Shown one piece after another: positions 20,849-32,937 of a stretch of DNA of 64,000 bases. A program made the translations under genes and the position numbers. Each line of letters starts with the position of its first letter. Position 1 is the stretch's first letter. The DNA comes from Anaeromyxobacteraceae bacterium (lineage in GTDB: Bacteria; Myxococcota; Myxococcia; Myxococcales; Anaeromyxobacteraceae). Under the pieces are notes generated by a model, which ran no database searches, was not told where the DNA came from, and saw only the letters and a program-made list of their open reading frames with translations. The stretch is from contig JASGHJ010000002.1 in assembly GCA_047602405.1 (NCBI GenBank), positions 3,680,001 to 3,744,000 on the forward strand. Reading direction: 5' to 3'.

Positions 20849-21907
20849 TCAGGGACGCAGCTTCCGCCCGAGCACCCGGAGCGAGGCCGCGTAGCGGTAG
20901 TCGATCCCCATGTGCCCGTCCTCGAACTCCTCGTGCACGACCTCGACGCCGCCAGCCCGCAGCGCCGCCACCACCATCCGGGCGCCCCAGCGCAGGTTGA
21001 ACTCGTCCCGGGTGCCGCAGTCCACGTAGCAGGTCTCGAGCGAGCGGAAGGCGTCGAGCGCGCGCGGCACGAAGCGCACCGGATCCTGCTCGAGCCAGCG
21101 GGCCCAGACCTCGTCTCGCGGGCGCGCGGTCTCGGGGTCGAACGGGAGGGCGGCCGCGAGCACGGCGCCGATCTCCTCCAGCCGCTCATCCCGAGCGTAG
21201 GCCCGCGCAGCGGGCCGGAGTCGAGGGACCGGCTCGTCCGCGTAGTTTGCCGCCATCGCGAACACGTTCACGACCGGGATGTCGTCGGGCCTCAGCTTCG
21301 CCTCCCGCGCCCGCCGCTTCATGCCCTCGAGCCAGCCCGCGAGGTCGCCGCCGGCCGCGAGCAGCGCGCCCGCCGCCTTCGGGAGATCGCCGAGGTACGC
21401 GTACTCGAAGAAGGCGTCCCCGGCGTGGCAGGCCGCGTGCGCGAAGGTGGCGGAGCGGTCGCGGACCATCGCGAGCGTGCCGTAGCCGCCGCTCGACTTC
21501 CCGAGCACGGCGCGCGCCTCGCGGCGCGGCGAGGTGCCGAGCTCGCGCTCGACGAGCCCGACCACGTCGTCGGCCACGTACGACTGGTACCGCCCCACCG
21601 CGGGCGCGTCGATCCACTGGGTGCCGCCGAGCGCGGTCCGGCCGTCGATGAAGACGCCCGCGATGGGCGGGACCTCGCCCGCGGCGACGAGCGCGTCGAG
21701 CCGCTCCGGGACGCTCGGCCCGAAGGGGCCGCCGAGGAGCCAGCCCGGGCCGCTGCCGGTGAAGCCGTGCAGGAAGTACGCGGCGGGCCGGCCGCGCGCG
21801 CCGCCGGGCGGCACGTACACGTGGACGGGGCGCCTCGAGGGATTGCCGAGCGGGTTCCCGGCGAGCGCGGCGGAGTCCACCTCGAGCGTGACGAGCGAGC
21901 CCTTCAT
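20849..21907 (-). CDS. Alpha/beta-hydrolase esterase (Fes/putative esterase family) with an in-frame repeat insertion
   Basis: NPLGNP, YVPPG, YFLHGFTG, nucleophile elbow GKSSGG, DCGTRDEF and EEFEDGH. Confidence 0.9.
   Translation of the reverse strand: MKGSLVTLEVDSAALAGNPLGNPSRRPVHVYVPPGGARGRPAAYFLHGFTGSGPGWLLGGPFGPSVPERLDALVAAGEVPPIAGVFIDGRTALGGTQWIDAPAVGRYQSYVADDVVGLVERELGTSPRREARAVLGKSSGGYGTLAMVRDRSATFAHAACHAGDAFFEYAYLGDLPKAAGALLAAGGDLAGWLEGMKRRAREAKLRPDDIPVVNVFAMAANYADEPVPRLRPAARAYARDERLEEIGAVLAAALPFDPETARPRDEVWARWLEQDPVRFVPRALDAFRSLETCYVDCGTRDEFNLRWGARMVVAALRAGGVEVVHEEFEDGHMGIDYRYAASLRVLGRKLRP
21182..21229 (+). repeat. 48-bp REP-like element within the esterase coding sequence
   Basis: CCGCTCATCCCGAGCGTAGG-CCCGC-GCA-GCGGG-CCGGAGTCGAGGGAC; read on the minus strand as VPRLRPAARAYARDER. 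Confidence 0.85.
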
Positions 21908-21925
21908 GGCCGAGAGCCTACCTCG

Positions 21926-21964
21926 AAAACGAAGGCGGCCGCCCCCGTGAGGAGCGGCCGCCTC
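21926..21964 (-). terminator. Intrinsic terminator after the beta-barrel gene
   Basis: Minus strand AGGCGGCCGC..loop..GCGGCCGCCT followed by TCGTTTT. Confidence 0.65.
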
Positions 21965-21984
21965 GAGGTGCGACGCGGTCGGGG

Positions 21985-22641
21985 CTACAGCGTGAACTGA
22001 CCGCGGACGCCGATGGTGATGAAGTTGTGCACGGCCTGCTCGTCGATCTTGCCGGACTGATCGACGCCGGCCCCGAAGCCCTCGAGCTTCCCGTTCGAGT
22101 ACTTGCCGAAGCTCATCGAGACGAACGGCCCGACCTTGAGCTGCGGGGAGGCCTTGAAGTCCGCGCCGAGCTGCAGGTCGGCGAGCTCGAAGCCGCGGTA
22201 GCTGATCTTGCCCTCGTTGGGGCCCTGCGTGACCTTCAGGCTCCCCCACTCGTACCCGAAGCCGAAGCCGATCCAGGGCACGAACTGGGGATTGAGATCC
22301 TCGAACGCGAACGTGCCCTGGACGCCGAGCCGCACGTCGCGCGCGGAGCAGTCCACGCCGCTCGTGTCGCAGAGGTCCTTGATGTCGCCACCGATCCGGC
22401 CGAAGCCGTAGGAGACGAACGCTCCGACGTTGAACTCCTTCGTGACGTTGTAGCCGACGTCGAGCTGGAGCGGGATGGCGCCCTTGAGGACGTCGGACAT
22501 CTTCGAGTCCTTCGCGGCGTCGCCGCCCGCGATGGCGTAGCCGAGGCGGGCGCCGAGGGTCAGCTTCTGGGCCTGGGCGGAGGCGGCGGCGGGGACGGCG
22601 AGCGCGACCAGCGCGGCCGCGAGGAACGAGAGCTTGCGCAT
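21985..22641 (-). CDS. Outer-membrane beta-barrel protein (OmpA/OmpW-like small barrel)
   Basis: Signal peptide, LGARLGY, alternating hydrophobic strands, Cys pair (C.TSGVDC) and C-terminal GVRGQFTL; GAAGGAGG RBS. Confidence 0.85.
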   Translation of the reverse strand: MRKLSFLAAALVALAVPAAASAQAQKLTLGARLGYAIAGGDAAKDSKMSDVLKGAIPLQLDVGYNVTKEFNVGAFVSYGFGRIGGDIKDLCDTSGVDCSARDVRLGVQGTFAFEDLNPQFVPWIGFGFGYEWGSLKVTQGPNEGKISYRGFELADLQLGADFKASPQLKVGPFVSMSFGKYSNGKLEGFGAGVDQSGKIDEQAVHNFITIGVRGQFTL

Positions 22642-22799
22642 GAGGGGTCCTCCTTCGAGTTCACTGCCAGGGCAGTCTGCCAGCCGTCCCGGGAGGGACG
22701 GCCAACCGCACCGAGAGGCTAACCCGTCGCGGGCCACCCGCAACAAACTGATCGTCGCTGCGCGGGTGCGCGCGGGCCGGGGCGCGCCCGGCCGCGGGC

Positions 22800-23402
22800 C
22801 TACGGATCGACCCGCACGCGCAGGCCGTAGTACATGAAGCCGCCCTTCGCGTTCTTGAGGTCGGTCGTGGTCACGTTCGAGTCGGCGAGCGACTGCGCGT
22901 CGTACTTCGACAGCGTGTAGGTGAGGAACGGGCCCACGCGGAAGTAGCCGAACGAGAGGTCCACGCCGACCTGGCCGTTGAAGGCCTCCATGCCGCTCGC
23001 GGTGAGGGCCTTCGCGTTCGAGCGGGCGATGCGCGCCCACTCGTAGCCGACGCCGGCGCCCACCCACGGCTTCACGATGGGCATGGGCAGCGTGAACGTG
23101 GCCTGCACGCCGGCGCGGATGATGCGGCCCGTGCAGTCGACGCCGGTCGCCGAGCAGTTCGCCGCCGCGCCGTCGACGCCGGAGGAGCCGTAGGAGCCGT
23201 AGACGCCGAGCGTGAGCCCCAGGAACAGCCGGTAGTCGAGGTCGATTCGGATCGGGACCTGGTTCGCGACGAGGTTGTCCTTCGACAGGTCCCCGAGCGC
23301 CTTCGCGTAGCCCACCCGGGCGCCGAGGCTGAGCTGGGCGTGCGAGGCGGTGGGGGCGACGAGCGCGACGGCGGCCACGGCGGCGAGAACGAACTTCTTC
23401 AT
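22800..23402 (-). CDS. Outer-membrane beta-barrel protein, paralog of the adjacent gene
   Basis: Signal peptide, LGARVGY, C.ATGVDC and PWVGAGVGYEW; GGAG RBS. Confidence 0.85.
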   Translation of the reverse strand: MKKFVLAAVAAVALVAPTASHAQLSLGARVGYAKALGDLSKDNLVANQVPIRIDLDYRLFLGLTLGVYGSYGSSGVDGAAANCSATGVDCTGRIIRAGVQATFTLPMPIVKPWVGAGVGYEWARIARSNAKALTASGMEAFNGQVGVDLSFGYFRVGPFLTYTLSKYDAQSLADSNVTTTDLKNAKGGFMYYGLRVRVDP

Positions 23403-23437
23403 CGGATTCCTCCGGTGAGGGGGGCTGCGTTGAGAGG

Positions 23438-23836
23438 TCAGCGCTCGCGCGCGAGCACGAGGCCACAGCGCGCGGCGAGCTCGCTCGTGCGGGCGAGCAG
23501 GCCCTGCGCCTCCACGTACAGCTCGGAGGCGTCGCCGCCGGCGGCGGGGTCCGGCAGCTCCTCGATGCGGGCGAGGAGGTCGGAGACGCGCAGGAGGTGC
23601 TGGTGCGCGAGCAAGAGGTCGCGCCCGAGCCGCGCGCCGCGGCGGGTGTAGATGACACCGGTCTGGAAGAGCTGCCCGAGCGCGCGGCGGTTGACCTCGT
23701 CGACCGTGCGACAGCGCTCCTGGAAGTCGCGGAGCCGGCGCGCGTCGCGCGCGTGCGCGAGATCGACGATGGCGGTCGCCCGGGCTCGCGCCCGCGGCCC
23801 CGTCGTCCGCGTCCGGCTCTGGACCCTCGTGGGCAT
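23438..23836 (-). CDS. Hypothetical helical protein
   Basis: ORF with genome-typical codon usage filling the gap after alaS; start 23836 or 23857. Confidence 0.65.
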   Translation of the reverse strand: MPTRVQSRTRTTGPRARARATAIVDLAHARDARRLRDFQERCRTVDEVNRRALGQLFQTGVIYTRRGARLGRDLLLAHQHLLRVSDLLARIEELPDPAAGGDASELYVEAQGLLARTSELAARCGLVLARER

Positions 23837-23942
23837 CGACGCCGGGATGGTAGGCACCGGCGGCGATGCGGGTCAACGGCGGCCGGGCGGGAGGATCGGC
23901 GCCCCCCGCTTGACTCCGGCCGCGCTTCTTCGATCGCGCCGT

Positions 23943-26621
<2,679 letters not shown>

Positions 26622-26678
26622 AAGAGGGGGCGTAAGATAGCGGAACCACGCCCCCCGGGCCATCCCGGAGACGGCCCG

Positions 26679-27089
26679 TCAGCCGGGCGTCACCACCCGC
26701 CAGCGGCCGCCTTCACGCACCAGCTTGACCTCGGCCGGCGGGCCGTCCGGCGCGCCCGAGACCGTCACCCCCACCACCGCCTCGTCCGCGGACTCCCGGA
26801 CGACCACGACCTTCTGGACCCGCGGCGAGCCGCCCGCGAGGTCGCCGAGCACGAGGTCCTTCCCGGACGCCGGCGCACCCGGCACCGTCGCGGCGAGCGC
26901 CTTCGCCCGGGCGTCGAACGCCGCGCGCGACCGCTCGGAGAGGTGCGACCAGACGGTGCTGGTGTCGCCGGCGCGGGCGGCGGCGGCGAAGGCGCGGTAG
27001 GTCGCCTCGGGGCCCTCGTCCTTCCTGCAGCCGGCGAGGCCGGCGGAGCACAGCGCGAGGAGCACGGCGAGCGGGAGGAAGCGGCGCAT
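26679..27089 (-). CDS. Hypothetical lipoprotein (NTF2-like fold possible)
   Basis: Lipobox LAGC; C-terminal LVREGGRWRV. Confidence 0.75.
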   Translation of the reverse strand: MRRFLPLAVLLALCSAGLAGCRKDEGPEATYRAFAAAARAGDTSTVWSHLSERSRAAFDARAKALAATVPGAPASGKDLVLGDLAGGSPRVQKVVVVRESADEAVVGVTVSGAPDGPPAEVKLVREGGRWRVVTPG

Positions 27090-27157
27090 GGCGGGAGCTT
27101 AGCGCGGCGGACGGGGTCCCGCCGACCCTCCCGTGACCCGGCGGCGGGTGGGGGCCT

Positions 27158-27185
27158 GAATCCGGATCGGCGGGTGCCCGCGTCT
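27158..27185 (+). promoter_or_regulatory. Putative ECF-sigma promoter (GAATCC-N17-CGTCT)
   Basis: -35 GAATCC at 27158-27163 and -10 CGTCT at 27181-27185, upstream of the ECF operon. Confidence 0.5.
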
Positions 27186-27233
27186 CACGGGAACAGGAAC
27201 GCGGTACACCCCGTGCCCGGAGGCCCCACAGCG

Positions 27234-27680
27234 ATGAAGAAGCTCACCACCCTGATGCTCGCCGCCGCACCCTTCGTCGCCCGCGCCGACGGCGCCGACT
27301 TCGTCGAGAAGGCGATGCCCGGCGTCGCCACCGCGATCGTCTTCTCGTCGGTTATCGCGATCGTCGCCATCGTCTACTACTCCGCGCACCGGGCCCGCTC
27401 CCTGCGCCACGCCACGGTCCGCTACGCCCTCGAGAAGGGCGTCGCCCCGCCGGTGGAGCTGCTCGAGGAGGGGCGGAGCGCGGTCGACGACGTCAAGGAC
27501 CTCCGCCGCGGGCTCACCCTGCTCGGGCTCGGCCTCGGCCTGATGCTCACGATTCTCTTCCTCCCGAACGCCGCCGCCAACGAGGCGCCGTGGAGCCTCG
27601 GCTTCATCCCGGCGCTCGTCGGCCTCGGGTACCTCGTCACCTGGTTCGTGCGCGGCCGGCCCCTCGGCGTCCGGGCGTGA
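27234..27680 (+). CDS. Membrane protein preceding the ECF sigma factor (DUF6249-like)
   Basis: GGAGG RBS; TM - RH.T...ALEKG...P - LRRG - two further TMs with GFIPALVGLG. Confidence 0.75.
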   Translation: MKKLTTLMLAAAPFVARADGADFVEKAMPGVATAIVFSSVIAIVAIVYYSAHRARSLRHATVRYALEKGVAPPVELLEEGRSAVDDVKDLRRGLTLLGLGLGLMLTILFLPNAAANEAPWSLGFIPALVGLGYLVTWFVRGRPLGVRA

Positions 27681-28585
27681 TCGACGACGCCGCCCTCGTC
27701 GCCCGGGTCCTCGCCGAGGACGACCGCCGGGCCTTCGCGGAGCTCGTCCGCCGGCACCAGTCCGCCGTGCGGACGGTGCTGCGGCGGCTCTGCGCCGGCG
27801 ACGCGGCGCGCGCCGACGACCTCGCGCAGGAGACCTTCCTGCGCGCGTACCGCAAGCTCCGCGACTGGCGGGGCGAGGGCCGGCTCTCGACCTGGCTGTA
27901 CGGGATCGCCTACCGGCTCTGGCTCAGCGACGCGCGGCTGAAGGCCCCGCGGATCGCCTCGGCGGCGGAGCTCGCCGCGGCCGGGCGCGCGGCGGCGCAG
28001 GCCGACGCGGGGCCGCACGCGGGCCTCGCCGCGCCGGCCGGCGCCGAGGCCGCGCACGCGCGAGTGGACCTCGCCCGCGCGTTCGCGGTGCTGCGCGACG
28101 AGGAGCGGGTCGCGCTCGCGCTCGCCTACGGCGAGGAGGCGACGCACGAGGAGGCGGCCCGGGTGCTCGACTGGCCGCTCGGGACGCTGAAGACGCACGT
28201 CACCCGCGGGAAGGAGAAGCTCCGCCGCTTCTTCGCCGCGGATCTCGGAGGCGCTGTCATGACCAACCCCGGTGACCCGGTGGACCCCATGGACGAGGCC
28301 CTCTCCCGCGGCCCCTACCTCGACGACGCCGGCTTCACCGCCCGCGTGATGGAGGGGCTCCCGCCGCCGCGCCGCGCCCGCGGGCGCGCGCTCGTGCCGC
28401 TCTTCGCGCTCGCCGCGGCCGGCCTCGCCGTCGCGCTCGCGCTCGGGCCGGGCGCGGGGATCCTGCCGGCGATCGTGGCGTGGCTGGGCGGCGGCGTGCA
28501 CGGCCTCTCGGCCGCGCCGGTCGCCGCGCTGGGCGCCGCGGGCGCGCTCGCCGCGGCGGGGCTGCTCGTGGCCTTCGCGGACTAA
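27677..28585 (+). CDS. ECF RNA polymerase sigma factor read in-frame into a putative membrane anti-sigma segment (internal ATG 28259)
   Basis: Region 2 DDLAQETF.RAY...TWLYGIA and region 4 HEEAA.VL.WPLGTLKTHV.RG; then GGAGG+ATG, YLDDAGFTARVM..LP and two TMs. Confidence 0.85.
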   Translation: MIDDAALVARVLAEDDRRAFAELVRRHQSAVRTVLRRLCAGDAARADDLAQETFLRAYRKLRDWRGEGRLSTWLYGIAYRLWLSDARLKAPRIASAAELAAAGRAAAQADAGPHAGLAAPAGAEAAHARVDLARAFAVLRDEERVALALAYGEEATHEEAARVLDWPLGTLKTHVTRGKEKLRRFFAADLGGAVMTNPGDPVDPMDEALSRGPYLDDAGFTARVMEGLPPPRRARGRALVPLFALAAAGLAVALALGPGAGILPAIVAWLGGGVHGLSAAPVAALGAAGALAAAGLLVAFAD

Positions 28586-29091
28586 TCCTCTTCCACGATC
28601 CGGCAGTGCTGGAGGCGGAGCTCCTCGAGGAACTTCGCCTTCAGGTCGAGGCCGCCGAAGGACGCGTCGATCGCGAACCGGTCGCCCTCGACGGAGGCGC
28701 CCTCCGATACCTCGAGCCGGCCGCCGAGCGCGACGGCGCCCTTCCCGACGCGCGCGCCGCGGGCGACCTTCACGTCGCCGCCGACCGCGACCACGTCCTC
28801 GAGCACGGTGGCGCCCGCCTCGACCCGGACGTCCCCGCCGATCGCGACCGCCTTCTCCACCACCGCGCCGCGGCGGATGGTGAGGTCGCCGTTCACGGCG
28901 ACGGCCTCCTCCACCTGGGCGTTCTCCTCGATGACGAGCGGCCCGTCCCGCGCGACCCGGTCGTTCGGACCCTGCGTGAGGGTGCACCCGTCGACGCGGA
29001 CGTGACCCGCCTTGCGGTGGTCGGCCCCGGAGGCCGAGGCGGCGAGCGGGAGGGCGGCGAGCGTCAGGGCGAGCAACCGGACGGTGGTCAT
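28582..29091 (-). CDS. Secreted beta-helix repeat (bactofilin/polymer-forming-like) protein
   Basis: Signal peptide; repeats AVAVNGDLTI, AVAIGGDVRV, VVAVGGDVKV and AVALGGRLEV, each followed by GA.V. Confidence 0.75.
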   Translation of the reverse strand: MTTVRLLALTLAALPLAASASGADHRKAGHVRVDGCTLTQGPNDRVARDGPLVIEENAQVEEAVAVNGDLTIRRGAVVEKAVAIGGDVRVEAGATVLEDVVAVGGDVKVARGARVGKGAVALGGRLEVSEGASVEGDRFAIDASFGGLDLKAKFLEELRLQHCRIVEED

Positions 29092-29229
29092 GGGATTTCC
29101 CGGGCGTGAGGCCGGCCTGCTCCTCTGCCCCGAGGAAGGGAACCGAACACTCCTGCGCCGGGCTTTACGTCCGAGCCCCTCCCCTATTTCGCGCCGGCTT
29201 CCCAGCTTTGCCCCTGGGAGGGAGCACGC

Positions 29230-30015
29230 ATGGACCTTAGGAAGCTCGCGCTCGTGGGCGCGATCGCACTGGCGGCCTGCCAGCACGGGAAGCAGACGAG
29301 GACGGTGGCCCAGGCCCCCGACAACACGTCCTCGCAGGGGACGGCGACGTCCGGCACGGCGTCCGGCACCGGCAGCACGACGGGCAGCACGTCCGGCACC
29401 GCCGGGGCGACCGGCACCGGCGACACGGCGGGGGGGACGGCGTCGACCGACGCCTACGGGCAGTCGGGCACGGGCTCGGGAGGCTCGGCGTCCGGGATGG
29501 CGCACTCCGATGACCGCGTCATCGTCGGGACCGTCAAGCAGGTGAGCCCGAAGTCCGTCGACATCCAGGACGCGGCGAGCGGGCAGTCGAAGACGCTGCA
29601 GATCGCGCCCGAGACGTTGATCGAGGCCGGGGGCGGCGCCTCCGGCCAGCTCGTGGAGGGCCAGCAGGTCCGCGCGAGCTACAACCGCAAGGACGGGAAG
29701 GACACGGCCGTCCGCATCGAGGGGATGAACACCGGCGCGACGCCGCCGCACACCGGCGGCACGGGCACCGATCCGTCGGGCACGGGCTCCTCGGGCACCG
29801 GCTCCTCGGGCACGATGGGCGAGCCGGGGACGTCCACGGGTGGCACCGGCTCGTCGGGGACCACCGGCACGCCGGACCCGACGCTGCCGCCGGGCTCGAC
29901 GAACCCGCAGTCGCCCACGCAGCCGACGCCGCCGTCGCCGCCCGTCCAGACGCCGCCGTCGAGTGGCGGGCTGGCAGAAGTAGCGGGGCTCAGCGCGCCG
30001 GGCGGCGCAGCCTGA
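29230..30015 (+). CDS. Gly/Ser/Thr-rich lipoprotein with a small central beta domain
   Basis: Lipobox LAAC; GGAG RBS; low-complexity flanks; 3' end overlaps trmB and may be extended by an indel. Confidence 0.75.
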   Translation: MDLRKLALVGAIALAACQHGKQTRTVAQAPDNTSSQGTATSGTASGTGSTTGSTSGTAGATGTGDTAGGTASTDAYGQSGTGSGGSASGMAHSDDRVIVGTVKQVSPKSVDIQDAASGQSKTLQIAPETLIEAGGGASGQLVEGQQVRASYNRKDGKDTAVRIEGMNTGATPPHTGGTGTDPSGTGSSGTGSSGTMGEPGTSTGGTGSSGTTGTPDPTLPPGSTNPQSPTQPTPPSPPVQTPPSSGGLAEVAGLSAPGGAA

Positions 30016-30601
30016 GGCGGTACACGGGCTCGTTCGCCGCGAGGTAGCGCTTCTCGCGGGTGGAGGGGAGCTCGCCGGGGGCCGGGTCGCAGAAGCGGCC
30101 CGGCCCCGCCTCGTTCACGAAGCCGCACGCCTCGAGCCGCGCGACCGCGTCGTGGCCGTAGCGGGGGACGTCGGTCCGGAAGTCGAGGAGCCCACCGGGC
30201 GCGAGGAGCCCGAGCAAGAGGAGCCCCATCCCGTCGTCGACGAGCCGGCGCCGGTGGTGCCGCCGCTTCCACCAGGGATCCGGGAAGTGGACGTGGATGG
30301 CGGCGAGGGAGCCCGCCGCGAAGAGCCGCGGCGCCATCAGCCGGGCGTCGCCCTGCAGCGCGAGGAGGTTGTCGAGGCCCCGGCGCGAGGCCTTCTCGGC
30401 GAGCGCCTGTGCGAACGACTTCCGCTGCTCGATGGCGACGAGCGCCCGGTCGGGGTGATGTCGCGCGAAGGCGAGGGCGAAGCCTCCGTGCCCGGCGCCG
30501 ATCTCGAGCTCGAGCGCGGCGGCGCGGGGGCCCAGGAGCGCGGCCCAGTCGGGGAACTCGGAGAGCGCGATGGGCGCTTCGTCCTCGGCGAGGAAGATCA
30601 T
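29990..30601 (-). CDS. trmB: tRNA (guanine-N7)-methyltransferase TrmB
   Basis: LEIGAGHG, IHVHFPDPW.KRRHHRRRLV, RTD and STRE. Confidence 0.92.
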   Translation of the reverse strand: MIFLAEDEAPIALSEFPDWAALLGPRAAALELEIGAGHGGFALAFARHHPDRALVAIEQRKSFAQALAEKASRRGLDNLLALQGDARLMAPRLFAAGSLAAIHVHFPDPWWKRRHHRRRLVDDGMGLLLLGLLAPGGLLDFRTDVPRYGHDAVARLEACGFVNEAGPGRFCDPAPGELPSTREKRYLAANEPVYRLRLRRPAR

Positions 30602-30634
30602 GAGCGGCTCTCTCTACCATGCTAGAAGTCCGGG

Positions 30635-32259
30635 GTGCCGCGCCGTGCGAAGAGGCTCTCGCCCGTCCTCGCGCCGCTGCTCCTGGCGCTCGCCGGCTGC
30701 CCGGGCGCGCGCCGGGGGCCGCCGCCGGAGCGCTTCCTCCCCGCCGACGTCCGCGCCGCGGTGGTGCTCCCCGACGCCGGGCGCGCCGCGAAGGACCTCG
30801 CCGCGCTGCACCGCACACTCTCCGGCTTCCCGGGCGTGGGCGACGCCGCGGCGCTTCGCGGCGGCATCGCGGCCCAGCTCGGCTTCGACCCGCTCGATCC
30901 GGAGGGGCTCGCCGAGGCCGGCCTCGACCCCGCCCGCGGCGCCGCGCTCGCGCTGCTCGACGGGCCGGACGAGCCGTCGCTCCTCGTCCTCCCGGTCGCC
31001 GACGTCGCGAAGGTGGAGGCGCTCCTCGCCCGGCTCGCCCGCCAGCGGCTCGGCGCCGAGCTCCGCCGCGAGGAGCGGCGCGGCGCGGCGAGCGTGGTGA
31101 CCCTGCGGCGCGCGGAGGGCGCGCCCCCCGCGCTCGCGTACGCGCTCGTCGAGCGTTACGCGCTCGTCTCGGCCGGGCCCGCCGGCCCAGCGATCGCCGG
31201 CGACGCCGCCGGGCTCGACCCCGCCCGCGCGCTCGCCGCCGCGCCCGCCTTCGCGGCGGCCCGCCGCGCGCTCGGCGACGGCGAGGCCGCGGTCGCGTTC
31301 CTCCCGCCGCGCGCCGCGGCCGCCTCGGGGCTCGCGCCGCTCCGGGACGGCGCGGCGGTGAGCCTCTCCGCCTCGGAGGGGCGCCTGCGCGTGCGCGCGG
31401 CCGTGCTCCTCGGCGACCGCGCGCCGGGCTGGCTCGCCGCGCTCGCGCCGAGGGGCGCGGGCGGCGCGCTCGCCGGACGCCTCGAGGCCGGCGCGGCGCT
31501 CGTCGCGCGGCTCGACGCCGACCCGGCCGTCCTCGGGCCGCGGCTCGCCGGGCTCGTGCCCGCGGGGCCGCGCGAGGCGCTCGCCGCGCGCGGGCTCGAC
31601 CTCGAGCGCGACGTGTTCGCCGTGCTCGGCCCGGGCGGCGCGATCGCGGCCTCGCTCTCCCCGCGCTTCTCGCTCGTGGGGCTCACCGGCGAGGTCCTGC
31701 GCGACGACCCTCCGCGCGCGTTCGAGCTCGAGGCGGTGGTGCCGGTGCGCGCGGGCGCGGCGGAGGCGGCGCTGCGCTGGGCGCGCTACGCCGACCCCGC
31801 CCGGCCGCCGAAGGCGGGGCCGGACGGGATCGTGCGGGTCCCGACACCCTCCGGCGAGATCGCGTGGAAGCTCGTCGGGGACCGGCTCGCGCTCGCCTGC
31901 GGCCGGCCCGGACGCCTCGAGCCCCTCCTCGCGCGCCTCGAGGCCGGGGCCGGCGAGGCCTGGACGCCGCCCGTCGCCGGTGCGAAGGCCGCGCTCGAGG
32001 GCGGCCCCGGCGGCCTCGTGCTCGACGTGCCGCGGCTCGCGCGGAGCGTGCGCTCGCTGCCGCCTTCGTCCTTCGGCGCCGGGCCCACCGGCTTCGTGGT
32101 GCGGTCGGTGATCGACCGGTTCGTCGCGCCCGCCGAGCGGCTCAGCGCGGTCTGGCTCCGGGCGGAGCTCCTTGGGGACGCGGTGGTCGTGACGCTCGAG
32201 GCGGCGGCGCGGCCGGCCGACGGCGAGCGCGAGCGAGCCCGGGAAGGAGCGCCGGCCCC

Positions 32260-32263
<4 letters not shown>
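30635..32263 (+). CDS. Hypothetical lipoprotein heading an ABC transporter operon
   Basis: Lipobox LAGC; translationally coupled to the ABC ATPase. Confidence 0.75.

Positions 32264-32933
<670 letters not shown>

Positions 32934-32937
<4 letters not shown>

Noticed and set aside
29961..30015. 26-bp overlap of the lipoprotein gene with trmB
   Set aside because: Removing one G from GGCGGG gives GGWQK* with no overlap; likely a trivial indel
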